A DNA stretch of 64,000 nucleotides from a virus. A program made the translations under genes and the position numbers. Shown in pieces: positions 38,709-49,124 of the stretch (the first letter of the stretch is position 1; the number at the start of each line of letters is the position of its first letter). The stretch lies in the IMG/VR virus record IMGVR_UViG_3300020472_000019, positions 6,672 to 70,671 of that record. One strand, 5' to 3'. The notes beneath the pieces were generated by a model, which did no database searches, had not been told where the DNA came from, and was given only the letters and a program-made list of their open reading frames with translations.

Positions 38709-41201
38709 ATGAACTTTTATACAAACGTGCTCCAATGGGGCAATCAACTCTTTATACGAGAAGTAAGAAACGGACAACGTATTAACCGAAAGGTTAGATA
38801 TGAGCCGACATTATTTGTTCCTACTGCTCAAGAATCTCCATATAAAACATTAAATGGTGAAAATGTAGCACCTAGAAGTTTTCATTCTATAAAAGATGCA
38901 AAAGAGTTTATAGAAAGTAGAAAAAACCAGCCTGAATTGGTATATGGTAATAATCAATATGCCTATAATTATATTTCAGATAACAATTCTGGAGTAGTTG
39001 AATGGGATATGGAAAAACTTTTAATAGTTACTCTTGATATAGAAGTTGAATGTGAAAATGGTTTTCCTGCTGTTAGTACAGCTATAGAACCAATGCTATC
39101 TATTACAATTAAAAATCATCAAAATAAAAAGATTATTGTTTGGGGATTAAACCCATTTAAAACTGATCGGAAAGATGTTGATTATAGATTGTGTAAAAAT
39201 GAAGAAGATTTGCTCGGACAATTTCTAAAAGATTGGGAGTTATATTGTCCAGACATTATTACAGGTTGGAATACAGAATTTTTTGATATTCCATATCTCG
39301 TTAATCGTATTAAAAAGGTTTTAGGAGAAGATCAACTTAAACGTCTTTCACCTTGGAAAAGTGTACAACAACGAGAAGTTTATCAAATGGGCCGAAACCA
39401 CCAGATTTATAATATACAAGGTATTTCTGCTTTAGATTATTTTGATTTGTATCGTAAGTTTACATACACAGCACAAGAATCTTACAGATTAGATCATATT
39501 GCAAAAGTTGAACTTGGAGAACAAAAAGATGGAAACCCTTTTGATACTTTCCGTGAATGGTATACTAACGATTATCAATCTTTCATTGAATATAACATCA
39601 ACGATGTTGAACTTGTTGATAAACTAGAAGATAAGATGAAGTTGATTGAATTGTGTCTTACAATGGCGTATGATGCAAAAGTCAACTTTGTTGATGTTCT
39701 TGGTACTGTTCGGTATTGGGATGTTTTAATATATAATTATCTTAGGAGTAAAAACATTGTTATTCCTCAAAAACAAACAGCAGATAAATCTGCTCAGTAT
39801 GAGGGAGCATATGTAAAAGATCCTATTGTTGGTATGCATAAGTGGGTAATGTCATTTGACTTAAATAGTCTTTATCCACATTTAATTATGCAATACAATA
39901 TTTCACCAGAGACTCTTATTCCTTCTGATAAAGAAGCACCAGAAAAAATGGTAGATAAGATTCTTGAAGGTAAAATTAAAAACGATACAAAGTATTGTAT
40001 GGCCCCAAATGGTGCATTTTTTAGGAAGGATAAAAGGGGGTTTTTACCAGAACTTATGGAGACAATTTACAATGACAGGGTTAAATATAAAACGCTATTA
40101 TTGGAAGCTAAACAAAAATTTGAAGATACTAAAGACGTTAGGTTTCTCAAAGACATCTCACGTTATAACAACATCCAAATGGCGAAGAAGATTTCACTCA
40201 ATTCAGCGTATGGTGCTATTGGGAATAATTGGTTTAGGTATTTTGATCTTAGAAATGCTGAAGCTATTACAACAAGTGGTCAGTTATCTATACGATGGAT
40301 TGAAAAAGCTCTTAATGCCTATCTTAACAAAATTATGGAAACAGATAATGAAGATTATGTTATTGCTTCAGACACGGATTCAGTTTACATTACGTTTGAG
40401 AAATTTGTTAGCGTGGTCTTTAAGGAAGGAACGGCAACTGAAACAATCGTCAATTTCTTGGACAAAGTTGCAAAAGAGAAGCTTGAACCTTTTATTAATA
40501 AAAGTTATAAACTTCTCGCTGAACAAATGAATGCTTATGACCAGAAGATGTTTATGGCCCGTGAGGTTATTGCTGACAGAGGAATTTGGACTGCTAAGAA
40601 AAGATACGTTTTAAATTGCTGGGATATTGAGGGTGTAAGATATAAAGAACCAAAATTAAAAATAATGGGCATTGAAGCTGTTAAAAGTTCTACTCCTGCT
40701 CCTTGTAGAGAAAAGATTAGAGATGCAATGAATATTATTATGAATGGTAATGAGAAAGAATTGAATACATTCATACAAGAGTTTAGAGAAGAATTTATGA
40801 CTTTAGAACCAGAAGATGTTGCATATCCTAGAAGTTGTAATGGTGTAGGTAAATGGGAAGGTTCACATGAACTTTGGAAGAAGGGCGCTCCAATTCATGT
40901 TAAAGGCGCCTTGTTATATAATTATTTAATTAAGAAAGAAAAGTTGCAGAATAAATATGTTAATATACAAGAAGGTGATAAAGTAAAATTTTTACATATG
41001 AAACAACCAAATCCCTTTCATGCAACTGCATTTAGTTTTCCAGCAAAATTTCCAAAGGAACTTGACATTAGAACCAAAATAGATTATGATGTTCAATTTG
41101 AAAAGAGTTTCGTTGAACCTTTGAAATTTATAACAGAAAAAATGAATTGGTTGATTGACTCAAGTTATGGAGCTCAAGGTAGTTTAGAGGATTTCTTTTA
41201 A
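38709..41201 (+). CDS. gp43: Family B DNA polymerase gp43
   Basis: Exonuclease DIEVE; SFDLNSLYP, KISLNSAYG and ASDTDS motifs; no intein or split seen. Confidence 0.98.
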   Translation: MNFYTNVLQWGNQLFIREVRNGQRINRKVRYEPTLFVPTAQESPYKTLNGENVAPRSFHSIKDAKEFIESRKNQPELVYGNNQYAYNYISDNNSGVVEWDMEKLLIVTLDIEVECENGFPAVSTAIEPMLSITIKNHQNKKIIVWGLNPFKTDRKDVDYRLCKNEEDLLGQFLKDWELYCPDIITGWNTEFFDIPYLVNRIKKVLGEDQLKRLSPWKSVQQREVYQMGRNHQIYNIQGISALDYFDLYRKFTYTAQESYRLDHIAKVELGEQKDGNPFDTFREWYTNDYQSFIEYNINDVELVDKLEDKMKLIELCLTMAYDAKVNFVDVLGTVRYWDVLIYNYLRSKNIVIPQKQTADKSAQYEGAYVKDPIVGMHKWVMSFDLNSLYPHLIMQYNISPETLIPSDKEAPEKMVDKILEGKIKNDTKYCMAPNGAFFRKDKRGFLPELMETIYNDRVKYKTLLLEAKQKFEDTKDVRFLKDISRYNNIQMAKKISLNSAYGAIGNNWFRYFDLRNAEAITTSGQLSIRWIEKALNAYLNKIMETDNEDYVIASDTDSVYITFEKFVSVVFKEGTATETIVNFLDKVAKEKLEPFINKSYKLLAEQMNAYDQKMFMAREVIADRGIWTAKKRYVLNCWDIEGVRYKEPKLKIMGIEAVKSSTPAPCREKIRDAMNIIMNGNEKELNTFIQEFREEFMTLEPEDVAYPRSCNGVGKWEGSHELWKKGAPIHVKGALLYNYLIKKEKLQNKYVNIQEGDKVKFLHMKQPNPFHATAFSFPAKFPKELDIRTKIDYDVQFEKSFVEPLKFITEKMNWLIDSSYGAQGSLEDFF

Positions 41202-42457
41202 TGAGATTATATGATTTATTAAAAAATAGCGTTGACCATACAGGGTTGCCTGTAATGAATAGTTCACAGTTTATTGCAACTACTGAAAAATATGGCAAAG
41301 AAGAATTTAGGAAAGTCCTTGCAGAATTTATAACTAAAGAAAAACCACCATATCCTCTTAAAAAATTCAATCAAGAAAAAGTTGTTCAGAATTTTCGCAA
41401 ATTACAAAAAGCAGACTATACAAATTATATTGACAAGTCTGGTAAAGAAGTTTTAGAAAAATATGATGATTATTCTTATCCCTATAGTAAATATGGATTA
41501 GGGGTTATTGATGCACCTTCCACATTTAATTATGTAAGTGATTCTTTTATGAATGATTTACGTATGGCTTGTGGTTCATATGGTTTCAAATCTCCTATTG
41601 AAAGATGGAACGAAGGTGATAATATATGGGGTGTATTTGGGCCAATATGGAGAGGTGTTAATGATAGCAAATCTTTAATACCAGAAACATATACTATGGC
41701 ATTTAGATTAGGAACATATATTGCTACACAGTTTAAACCTATTGTTGCAAAAACCTTCTATGAAATGTGTGATGCAAAAACTGTACTAGATACATCTATG
41801 GGTTGGGGTGATAGACTTACTGCATTTTATGCTTCAAATGCAACACATTATATTGGTTGTGATCCAAATCCAAACACATTTGAACGATATAAGAAAATGA
41901 TAGAGTTTTATGATAAACTTACTGGTGGTAAAAAAACAGTACAAATGTATAGGTGTGGTGCAGAAGATTTGCCTTGGGATAAGATTAAAAATGTAGATTG
42001 TGCTTTTACAAGCCCACCATATTTTTCTACAGAAAGATATAATGAGGGTGGAGAACACGAAGAAGATCAATCTTGGTCAAGATATGATACTTATGAGAAG
42101 TGGAGAGATAACTTTTATTTACCAGTTTCACAAAAGAGTTTTGAATCTTTAAGTGATAAGGGATTTTTATTGGTTAATATTTTAGACCCAAAAGTTAAAG
42201 GAAAAAGATATCATTCTGGTGATGATTTGGTAAATTCCTTAAAGGAACATTTTATAGGCCAAATAGGTATGAGGATAATGCAAAGACCTCAAGGTAAAGC
42301 AGTATTTTCTGATGATGAAGGTAAGTTTGATAAACAAAAATTAAATGAATTTATGAATAAAATTTATATAGAAAATGTATGGTGTTTTGGTAAAGATAAA
42401 AATTTTGATTTGTTTAGACACACTAAAACTGGAACATTAGAGGAATTTTTTACATGA
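41201..42457 (+). CDS. DNA amino-methyltransferase (SPPY type)
   Basis: LDTSMGWGDRL, YIGCDPN and FTSPPYF..E.Y motifs. Confidence 0.85.
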   Translation: MRLYDLLKNSVDHTGLPVMNSSQFIATTEKYGKEEFRKVLAEFITKEKPPYPLKKFNQEKVVQNFRKLQKADYTNYIDKSGKEVLEKYDDYSYPYSKYGLGVIDAPSTFNYVSDSFMNDLRMACGSYGFKSPIERWNEGDNIWGVFGPIWRGVNDSKSLIPETYTMAFRLGTYIATQFKPIVAKTFYEMCDAKTVLDTSMGWGDRLTAFYASNATHYIGCDPNPNTFERYKKMIEFYDKLTGGKKTVQMYRCGAEDLPWDKIKNVDCAFTSPPYFSTERYNEGGEHEEDQSWSRYDTYEKWRDNFYLPVSQKSFESLSDKGFLLVNILDPKVKGKRYHSGDDLVNSLKEHFIGQIGMRIMQRPQGKAVFSDDEGKFDKQKLNEFMNKIYIENVWCFGKDKNFDLFRHTKTGTLEEFFT

Positions 42458-43083
42458 TATATGAAGAAGATTGTCGGACTACATTAGAAAGAAATATAAA
42501 GTATGATTATGTATTGACTTCACCACCAGATTATGCAGAATTAGATATTGACCCTAAGACAAATGCATGGGATTTATTTTTAAATGATTGGATGAGTCTA
42601 CTGTCGCCAAAAAAGAATTTAGTTACTATATGTACAACGGATAGAAAAGCTGATGGAAAAATTTATCCTAAACATATAAAAATTATAGATGTTATGGAAC
42701 AGAATGGATGGTTTCTAAAATCTAAAAAAATATGGGTTAAATCATATAAAGTAAATATGTTTAGAATGAATTATATGAATTTACTTACTTTTGCCAAAAA
42801 ACCTTTTAAAGTAAAAAACCCTCATGATCCAGATGTTATATACGATGAAAAATCTACAGTTATAAAAGGATTTAAATTTGGTATGTCTTTAGAGGTTTGT
42901 AAGAAATTAATATTAAACCATACAGAAGAAGGGGATATAGTATATGACCCATTTATGGGAAGTGGAACTACAGCTATAGCAAGCTTTGATACAAATAGAA
43001 AATGTTTTGGTAGTGAAATAAATCCAGAATATGTTACAATAGTAGAAGAAAGAATAGGACTAGGAGAATTTATAAATGACTAA
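42454..43083 (+). CDS. N4/N6 DNA methyltransferase (beta class)
   Basis: TSPPDY precedes YDPFMGSGTT and GSEI. Confidence 0.88.
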   Translation: MIYEEDCRTTLERNIKYDYVLTSPPDYAELDIDPKTNAWDLFLNDWMSLLSPKKNLVTICTTDRKADGKIYPKHIKIIDVMEQNGWFLKSKKIWVKSYKVNMFRMNYMNLLTFAKKPFKVKNPHDPDVIYDEKSTVIKGFKFGMSLEVCKKLILNHTEEGDIVYDPFMGSGTTAIASFDTNRKCFGSEINPEYVTIVEERIGLGEFIND

Positions 43084-43456
43084 TTTTGATCGTGTACATG
43101 AATTTATGCAGACATTCGGCCAAGAAATAAAAACAAAAGCTGAGTGGCCAGATGAAAAGATATGTGACCTTAGAGTAGAATTAATTGCAGAGGAACTACG
43201 AGAATTATCAGATGCTATATATAATAAAGATGGTACTTTGGTTGATGTTGCTGATGCACTTACTGACCTACTTGTTGTTGTATATGGTGCTGGTCATGCA
43301 TTTGGTATAGACCTAAATGAATGTTTTAAGGAAGTACACCGTAGTAATATGAGTAAGTTGGGTGAAGATGGAAAACCAATTTATAGAGAGGACGGTAAAG
43401 TTCTCAAAGGCCCTAATTATAGTGAGCCTGATTTGAAGGAGATTGTGAATGAGTGA
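43076..43456 (+). CDS. MazG-like / all-alpha NTP pyrophosphohydrolase
   Basis: [24 protein letters not shown] and [10 protein letters not shown] motifs. Confidence 0.9.
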   Translation: MTNFDRVHEFMQTFGQEIKTKAEWPDEKICDLRVELIAEELRELSDAIYNKDGTLVDVADALTDLLVVVYGAGHAFGIDLNECFKEVHRSNMSKLGEDGKPIYREDGKVLKGPNYSEPDLKEIVNE

Positions 43457-44462
43457 TTTTTTAAAACAAATAATTAAAGAAACAGGTAATGAATTTGCTT
43501 CTATTGTAGAAGATGGAGTAGAGGCTGGTGATGTAGAGGACTTTATAGATACAGGTTCTTATATTCTAAATGGACTATTATCTGGTTCTATATATAAAGG
43601 ATTGCCTGCAAATAAGATTACAGCATTTGCTGGTGAATCTGCTACAGGTAAAACTTTTTTTGTGATGGGGATTTGTAAGAATTTTCTAGATTCAAATCCA
43701 GATGCTGGTATTATCTATTTTGAATCAGAAAGTGCAATTACAAAACAGATGGTAGTTGATAGAGGAATTGATCCTAAAAGAATGGTTATTATGCCAGTAA
43801 CTACTGTACAGGAATTTCGTACACAATCATTGAAAGTTCTAGATTCTTATCTAGCACAAAATGAAGCAGATCGTAAACCTCTTTTTCTCTGTTTAGATTC
43901 TCTTGGGATGTTATCAACTACTAAAGAAGTGGAAGATACAGCTGATGGTAAAGAGACTAGAGATATGACAAGAGCTCAAGTTTTAAAAGCTGCATTTAGA
44001 GTTTTAACATTAAAACTAGGAAGGGCAAAGGTGCCAATGGTCGTAACTAATCATACTTACGATGTTGTTGGTAGTATGTTCCCCACAAAAGAAATGGGTG
44101 GTGGCTCTGGACTTAAATATGCTGCTTCGTCTATTATTTACTTATCTAAGAAAAAAGAAAAAGAAGGAACTGAGGTAATTGGTAATATCGTGCATTGTAA
44201 AAACCATAAATCTCGTTTGACAGTAGAGAATAAAATGGTAGATGTTAAAATTACATATGATAAAGGTCTTGACAAATATTATGGACTTTTAGAACTTGCT
44301 GAAAAACACGGTATATTTAAAAAAGTTTCTACACGGTTTGAATTACCAGATGGTTCTAAACAATTTGGTAAAACAATTTTGAATGATCCAGAAACTTATT
44401 TTACTGATGAAATTATGGCACAGTTAGAGGATTGTGCTGGTATAGAGTTTAAATATGGGTGA
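43449..44462 (+). CDS. uvsX: RecA-like recombinase UvsX
   Basis: [19 protein letters not shown] and MGGGSG motifs. Confidence 0.95.
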   Translation: MSDFLKQIIKETGNEFASIVEDGVEAGDVEDFIDTGSYILNGLLSGSIYKGLPANKITAFAGESATGKTFFVMGICKNFLDSNPDAGIIYFESESAITKQMVVDRGIDPKRMVIMPVTTVQEFRTQSLKVLDSYLAQNEADRKPLFLCLDSLGMLSTTKEVEDTADGKETRDMTRAQVLKAAFRVLTLKLGRAKVPMVVTNHTYDVVGSMFPTKEMGGGSGLKYAASSIIYLSKKKEKEGTEVIGNIVHCKNHKSRLTVENKMVDVKITYDKGLDKYYGLLELAEKHGIFKKVSTRFELPDGSKQFGKTILNDPETYFTDEIMAQLEDCAGIEFKYG

Positions 44463-45105
44463 ATCTCAATTTATAAAAGTATATTCTGAGGTTTTAGAAA
44501 AATCATTATGTAATGATATTATCAATCTTTATGAAAAATTGTGGAAAGAGCAAACAGACTATATTAAACAAATGAGTCTATGTTATGATACAAAAGGAAA
44601 TAAAACTTGTGGAGCTTGTGATTGTCAAAGATTAGACATAATGCAACACGAAGAATTTCAACCTATCATAAACAATGTAGTAAATTATTTACAACAACTC
44701 ATAAATTTTTATAAAGAAGATTGTAATATACATTCAGCACAATGGCCTAAAAATTTTGGATTTGAAAATATAAGAGTAAAGAGATATATGCCAGATGGTA
44801 TACAACAGCATGATGCACACGTTGATGTGGAAAATAAAGGTTCAGCTAAAAGATTTCTTTCAATTATATGTTATTTAAATGATGACTTTGAAGGTGGAGA
44901 AACATCCTTTCCACATTTCAATACTAGAACTAAAGTTGCAACTGGAACTGTATTGTTGTTTCCTTGTTCATGGAGTTATCTACATAAAGGTAATCCTATT
45001 TCTAGTGGCAATCCAAAGTATGTTTTGGGCACATTTTTGAATTATGTTGATAGTCAAAAATTAAATAGAATTGGTGATAAAACTTTAGGAACAAAGGGAA
45101 TATAA
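44455..45105 (+). CDS. 2OG-Fe(II) oxygenase
   Basis: [14 protein letters not shown] and LFP...YLH.G motifs. Confidence 0.88.
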   Translation: MGESQFIKVYSEVLEKSLCNDIINLYEKLWKEQTDYIKQMSLCYDTKGNKTCGACDCQRLDIMQHEEFQPIINNVVNYLQQLINFYKEDCNIHSAQWPKNFGFENIRVKRYMPDGIQQHDAHVDVENKGSAKRFLSIICYLNDDFEGGETSFPHFNTRTKVATGTVLLFPCSWSYLHKGNPISSGNPKYVLGTFLNYVDSQKLNRIGDKTLGTKGI

Positions 45106-45413
45106 TGTCTGAAATTTTTAGTATACCAGATAGTAATGTTGGTTATCAATATATTTATAGAGAGGATGACAAACATAGTTGTATAGGCATCAAGGGTGGA
45201 GAGTTTGAAGGTGTTGTTTATAAATATGGTAAAGTCACATTATCTGAAAAAGAAAATTCAGATGGAACATTGCCTTTTCGGTTTGAGTATGATATAGTAG
45301 ATAATAACGGAATCAAAAGAGAAAATTTTTCTGATGAGTTTTTTAATCTTATTGGAGATATTTTAGTAGATATAATTGAAAGGGAAGATTTTGTTGGAAA
45401 ACCAAACGATTGA
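45105..45413 (+). CDS. Conserved T4-like hypothetical protein upstream of gp41
   Basis: GVVYKYGKV, FEYDI and IGDILV motifs; coupled to neighbours. Confidence 0.65.
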   Translation: MSEIFSIPDSNVGYQYIYREDDKHSCIGIKGGEFEGVVYKYGKVTLSEKENSDGTLPFRFEYDIVDNNGIKRENFSDEFFNLIGDILVDIIEREDFVGKPND

Positions 45414-46776
45414 GAGAACAACACTAAGTCAATTAGTCTATAATGAAGAATATACTCGTAAAGTTTTACCTTTTTTAAAAGGAGAATATTTTTCTGATAA
45501 AATTGAAAGAACAATTTTTGAAGAAATTCAAACATTTGTAGAGAAGTATAAAAGTGTTCCTACACAAACTTCTTTAGAAATTGAAGTTCAAAATCGTAAA
45601 GATTTGAATGAGGGTGATTACAAGAAAGTAATTGATGTAATTAAGACATTGAAATCTACAGAAGTAGATTTTGATTGGTTGGTTGATACAACTGAAAAAT
45701 TTTGTAAAGATAAGGCGATTTATAATGCGATTGTTGAAGGTATTCAAATCATTGATGGAAAAGATAGAAATAGAGATGCTGGAGCTATACCGAGCCTTCT
45801 CACTGATGCCTTGGCTGTGGGTTTTGATACTCACATTGGCCATGATTATGTGTTGGATTCAGATTCCAGATATGACTTTTACCACAAGGTAGAGGAAAAG
45901 ATTCCATTTGATTTGGAATTTTTTAATAAGATAACAAAAGGTGGACTTCCACCTAAAACACTAAACATTGCTCTTGCTGGAACTGGTGTTGGTAAGAGTT
46001 TGTTTATGTGTCATATGGCTGCAAATTGTATGTCACAAGGTAAGAATGTTTTATATATTACTTTGGAAATGGCAGAAGAAAGAATTGCAGAACGTATTGA
46101 TGCAAACCTTATGAATATTTCTATGGAAGATTTATATGCTCTTCCTAAAAAGATGTTTGAAGATAAAATAACTCGTATTCGTGAAAAGTCAACAGGAAAG
46201 ATAATTATAAAAGAATATCCAACTGCTTCAGCACATTCTGGACATTTTAGGGGATTATTAAAAGAACTTGCAATTAAGAAATCTTTTAAACCAGATATTA
46301 TCTTTATTGACTATTTGAATATATGTGCATCTAGTAGGTTCAAAGGAGCAACTAATGTTAACTCTTATATGTATATTAAGTCAATTGCAGAAGAACTTAG
46401 GGGATTGGCAGTTGAGACAAATCTACCGATTATGTCAGCAACACAAACCACTAGATCAGGTTTCGTATCTACGGATATTGGTCTTGAAGACACATCTGAA
46501 AGCTTTGGCCTGCCAGCAACAGCTGATCTGATGTTTGCACTCATATCTAACGAAGAATTAGATGAACTTAATCAAATTGCTGTAAAACAACTTAAAAACC
46601 GATATAATGATCCTACAATTAATAAGAGATTTATTCTTGGTATAGATAGAGCAAAAATGCGTTTATTTGATGCAAAAGCTTCTGACCAAGATATTATTGA
46701 TAGTGGCCAGGATGATGATTTTGCACAGCCTGTATTTGATAAGACAAGTTTTGGTGAACAAGATTGGAAAGTTTAG
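45394..46776 (+). CDS. gp41: Replicative helicase gp41 (DnaB-like)
   Basis: AGTGVGKS, LEMAEE, IDYLN and SESFGLPATAD motifs. TTG start, exact position uncertain (45376-45394). Confidence 0.95.
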   Translation: MENQTIERTTLSQLVYNEEYTRKVLPFLKGEYFSDKIERTIFEEIQTFVEKYKSVPTQTSLEIEVQNRKDLNEGDYKKVIDVIKTLKSTEVDFDWLVDTTEKFCKDKAIYNAIVEGIQIIDGKDRNRDAGAIPSLLTDALAVGFDTHIGHDYVLDSDSRYDFYHKVEEKIPFDLEFFNKITKGGLPPKTLNIALAGTGVGKSLFMCHMAANCMSQGKNVLYITLEMAEERIAERIDANLMNISMEDLYALPKKMFEDKITRIREKSTGKIIIKEYPTASAHSGHFRGLLKELAIKKSFKPDIIFIDYLNICASSRFKGATNVNSYMYIKSIAEELRGLAVETNLPIMSATQTTRSGFVSTDIGLEDTSESFGLPATADLMFALISNEELDELNQIAVKQLKNRYNDPTINKRFILGIDRAKMRLFDAKASDQDIIDSGQDDDFAQPVFDKTSFGEQDWKV

Positions 46777-46804
46777 TGCTTGACAAATAGTAAAACTTCT
46801 ATTA

Positions 46805-46812
46805 TATAAATA
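46805..46812 (+). promoter_or_regulatory. Late promoter TATAAATA
   Basis: Exact consensus directly before the structured element and the putative head-protein block. Confidence 0.7.
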
Positions 46813-46819
46813 TAAACAT

Positions 46820-46916
46820 AGAAGTGGGGTTAGTCATTCTACTACTGTCTAAATTTAAGAATGGCAAGGGAAACTCCGATAGACAGCGCAGCCCGTCCAA
46901 AATCCCACTTCTTTTT
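46820..46916 (+). ncRNA. Candidate pseudoknotted small RNA or leader
   Basis: 12-bp outer stem 46820-31/46901-12; 8-bp stem 46833-40/46858-65; 7-bp pseudoknot 46845-51/46880-86; 3' T run. Confidence 0.6.
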
Positions 46917-46941
46917 ATTTTTGATAAAAATGGAGGTTTTG

Positions 46942-48264
46942 ATGAAAGCAACTGAGGCATATAAACAACTCAATTCTAGAACAGAATATCTATCCCCTGT
47001 AGATAAAATTCAAACAATATTATCAGAAGGTAAAGGTGCATCTACTTATTTTGAAGGTGTAATTGCCGCTTGTCATAATTTATCTAATCAAAAAGAAAAA
47101 GATTTTAAAAAGAATATTCTTAAAGATCCTACTGTCAAACAATTTCTTAAAGCTGCCGATTCTGGTGGAAAACCTCATTTTGCTACTAACGGTAAAAGTG
47201 ATGAAGAAAAGTTAGATTTATTGTACAACTTTTCTAAAGTGTGTAAGACTAGATTAGGTTCTGGTTCTTCTGATGCTGGTGCCGGCCAATCTAAAATGAA
47301 AGTTTCTATACCTTGGCAAGAAATGACAACAAAAAAATTAGATACGTCAAAAGCAGATATTTCAGTAAATGGCCATCAAACTTCTGTAAAGGGCCCTTCT
47401 GCCCAACTAATGTCTGGAGAAAAAAAAGAAACTAAAGCAACTGTATTAGCAGCTTTAGAAATTTCTGGCACTGGAGGAAAATTACGAGATGAGTTACTTG
47501 GTCATGTTAATAATTTCGTAGAATCAGAAAGAACAATAGGTGCTGAAATTAATAGTAGAGTATTAAAATCTATGTCTCCAGAAGAAGCTAAAAAAACTGG
47601 AAATGAAAAGGCATATGAAGTTGTTCAGAAACAAGAGAAAATGAAAGTTGATATAACAAAAAGTTTTGAATCTGCTTTTAATGATCCAAAACTTGGTAGT
47701 GCTTTTGCAAAAGAAGCAATGACAGGTTGGGAAAAATTTGGTGGAAAAGCCTTTCCTAATAAACCAGCAGGAGATTCTAAAGCAGAAGCAACTCATATGC
47801 TTGTATGGGATTATAGAATGGATAGAATGAAGTTTCTAAAAATTGATGATTCTTTTATTTCAATGACTGCTAAAAAAATGAGAGTCAGACCAGATTTAAA
47901 AAGTAATTCTTATAAAGTAAAAGGTCAAAAATCTGGTTATTCTTTTTATCAAGCATTAAGAGTAAGTGTTGATGTATTATTAAATAAAACTGGTGAACTA
48001 GAAACTAATGTAAAAGAACATATAGAATATAATAAAAATCTTCTTACTGAAGGAACTATAACAGAGGTTTCTTTTAAAAAACTAGTTTCCAAAGCTTGGA
48101 ATTGGTTTAAAGAAAAAATTACACAATTATGGAATTGGTTTTCAGAAAGAGTTAAAAAAATAGTAAATGTTGTTGTAGAAACAATAAACCAAGGAATATA
48201 TTTTGCTTTACAAACTTTTGAATTAGATGTAGATGTAAAAGTACAAACAGAAATAAAATTATGA
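46942..48264 (+). CDS. Hypothetical protein, possible PD-(D/E)xK-like nuclease domain
   Basis: GGAGG RBS before ATG 46942; FEG...SKADIS...SVK pattern; Trp-rich amphipathic C-terminal helix. Confidence 0.5.
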   Translation: MKATEAYKQLNSRTEYLSPVDKIQTILSEGKGASTYFEGVIAACHNLSNQKEKDFKKNILKDPTVKQFLKAADSGGKPHFATNGKSDEEKLDLLYNFSKVCKTRLGSGSSDAGAGQSKMKVSIPWQEMTTKKLDTSKADISVNGHQTSVKGPSAQLMSGEKKETKATVLAALEISGTGGKLRDELLGHVNNFVESERTIGAEINSRVLKSMSPEEAKKTGNEKAYEVVQKQEKMKVDITKSFESAFNDPKLGSAFAKEAMTGWEKFGGKAFPNKPAGDSKAEATHMLVWDYRMDRMKFLKIDDSFISMTAKKMRVRPDLKSNSYKVKGQKSGYSFYQALRVSVDVLLNKTGELETNVKEHIEYNKNLLTEGTITEVSFKKLVSKAWNWFKEKITQLWNWFSERVKKIVNVVVETINQGIYFALQTFELDVDVKVQTEIKL

Positions 48265-49124
48265 AAACATATAAAGAGTTGATAACAGAAGGTATAACAA
48301 AACCTGTACCTATTTCTACTGTAGAAAGAGATCTTAATTCAGCTCGGTCTAAGGTAGTAGGTAAGGTTATAAAGCCTGCTGTTTTAGCAAAAGAAATAGA
48401 AAAAACAGTCGGTAGAAAATATAGTATTGAAGTTTCTGTTCAATTTGCTCCTTCTCTTGGTAGAGGTGAAATGTCTGCAAATGCTTACTATGATCAGGAA
48501 GCAGATTTAGAGGGTGATCGTGCTATTGAGATAGAACTATTAATTAGTGATAAAGATAGAAAGGGTTTGGATATAGGAAATGAAGGGTTTGATGCTTTAA
48601 TATCAAATCTTGCAAAAGTGATAGTACACGAAATGTTACATAAAGCACAAGCAATGAAAAGAAGTTTTGTAAAACCAAAACGATTTCAAGTAGGTTCTTC
48701 CTTAGATCCTAAGATTGCACAAGCACAGGAATATATGGGTAATAGTGATGAAATAGAAGCATATGGACATAACATTGCTGTGGAGTTACTAAAAAGTTTT
48801 GGTTCAAGAAAAGATGCCTTGACAGCCCTTAGAAACTTTGTTAGAATATCACCAGATAAATCACCAGATTTGTTTGCATATTTAACAGTTTTTGGAATGG
48901 ATAAAAATCATCCAGTATTGAAAAAATTAATTAATAAAGTTATTTTGTATTTAAAAAAATTAGACGAAGCAATAACAATACCCATTGAAATAGGTGATAC
49001 GGTTTTAGGTGGTAAATTTAAAAATAAAAAAACAGAAGTTAAAAAAATAGGTAAAAATGAAAAAGGCGATATTACTATTAATGATAGGCCTCTTTTGAAA
49101 TTTAGGATAATAAAAGATGTTTAG
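48261..49124 (+). CDS. HExxH metallopeptidase-like putative internal head protein
   Basis: N-terminus MKTYKELITE; VHEMLH...EIEAY; small C-terminal module after LDE. Confidence 0.65.
   Translation: MKTYKELITEGITKPVPISTVERDLNSARSKVVGKVIKPAVLAKEIEKTVGRKYSIEVSVQFAPSLGRGEMSANAYYDQEADLEGDRAIEIELLISDKDRKGLDIGNEGFDALISNLAKVIVHEMLHKAQAMKRSFVKPKRFQVGSSLDPKIAQAQEYMGNSDEIEAYGHNIAVELLKSFGSRKDALTALRNFVRISPDKSPDLFAYLTVFGMDKNHPVLKKLINKVILYLKKLDEAITIPIEIGDTVLGGKFKNKKTEVKKIGKNEKGDITINDRPLLKFRIIKDV

Noticed and set aside
46820-46916. Assignment to a cobalamin riboswitch or HDV-like ribozyme
   Set aside because: AAGGGAA is present but there is no B12 box, and there is no room for the HDV P3/L3 between the stems. 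Left unclassified.
46861-46941. N-terminal extension of ORF 46861
   Set aside because: It overlaps the structured RNA, and a strong GGAGG RBS supports ATG 46942.
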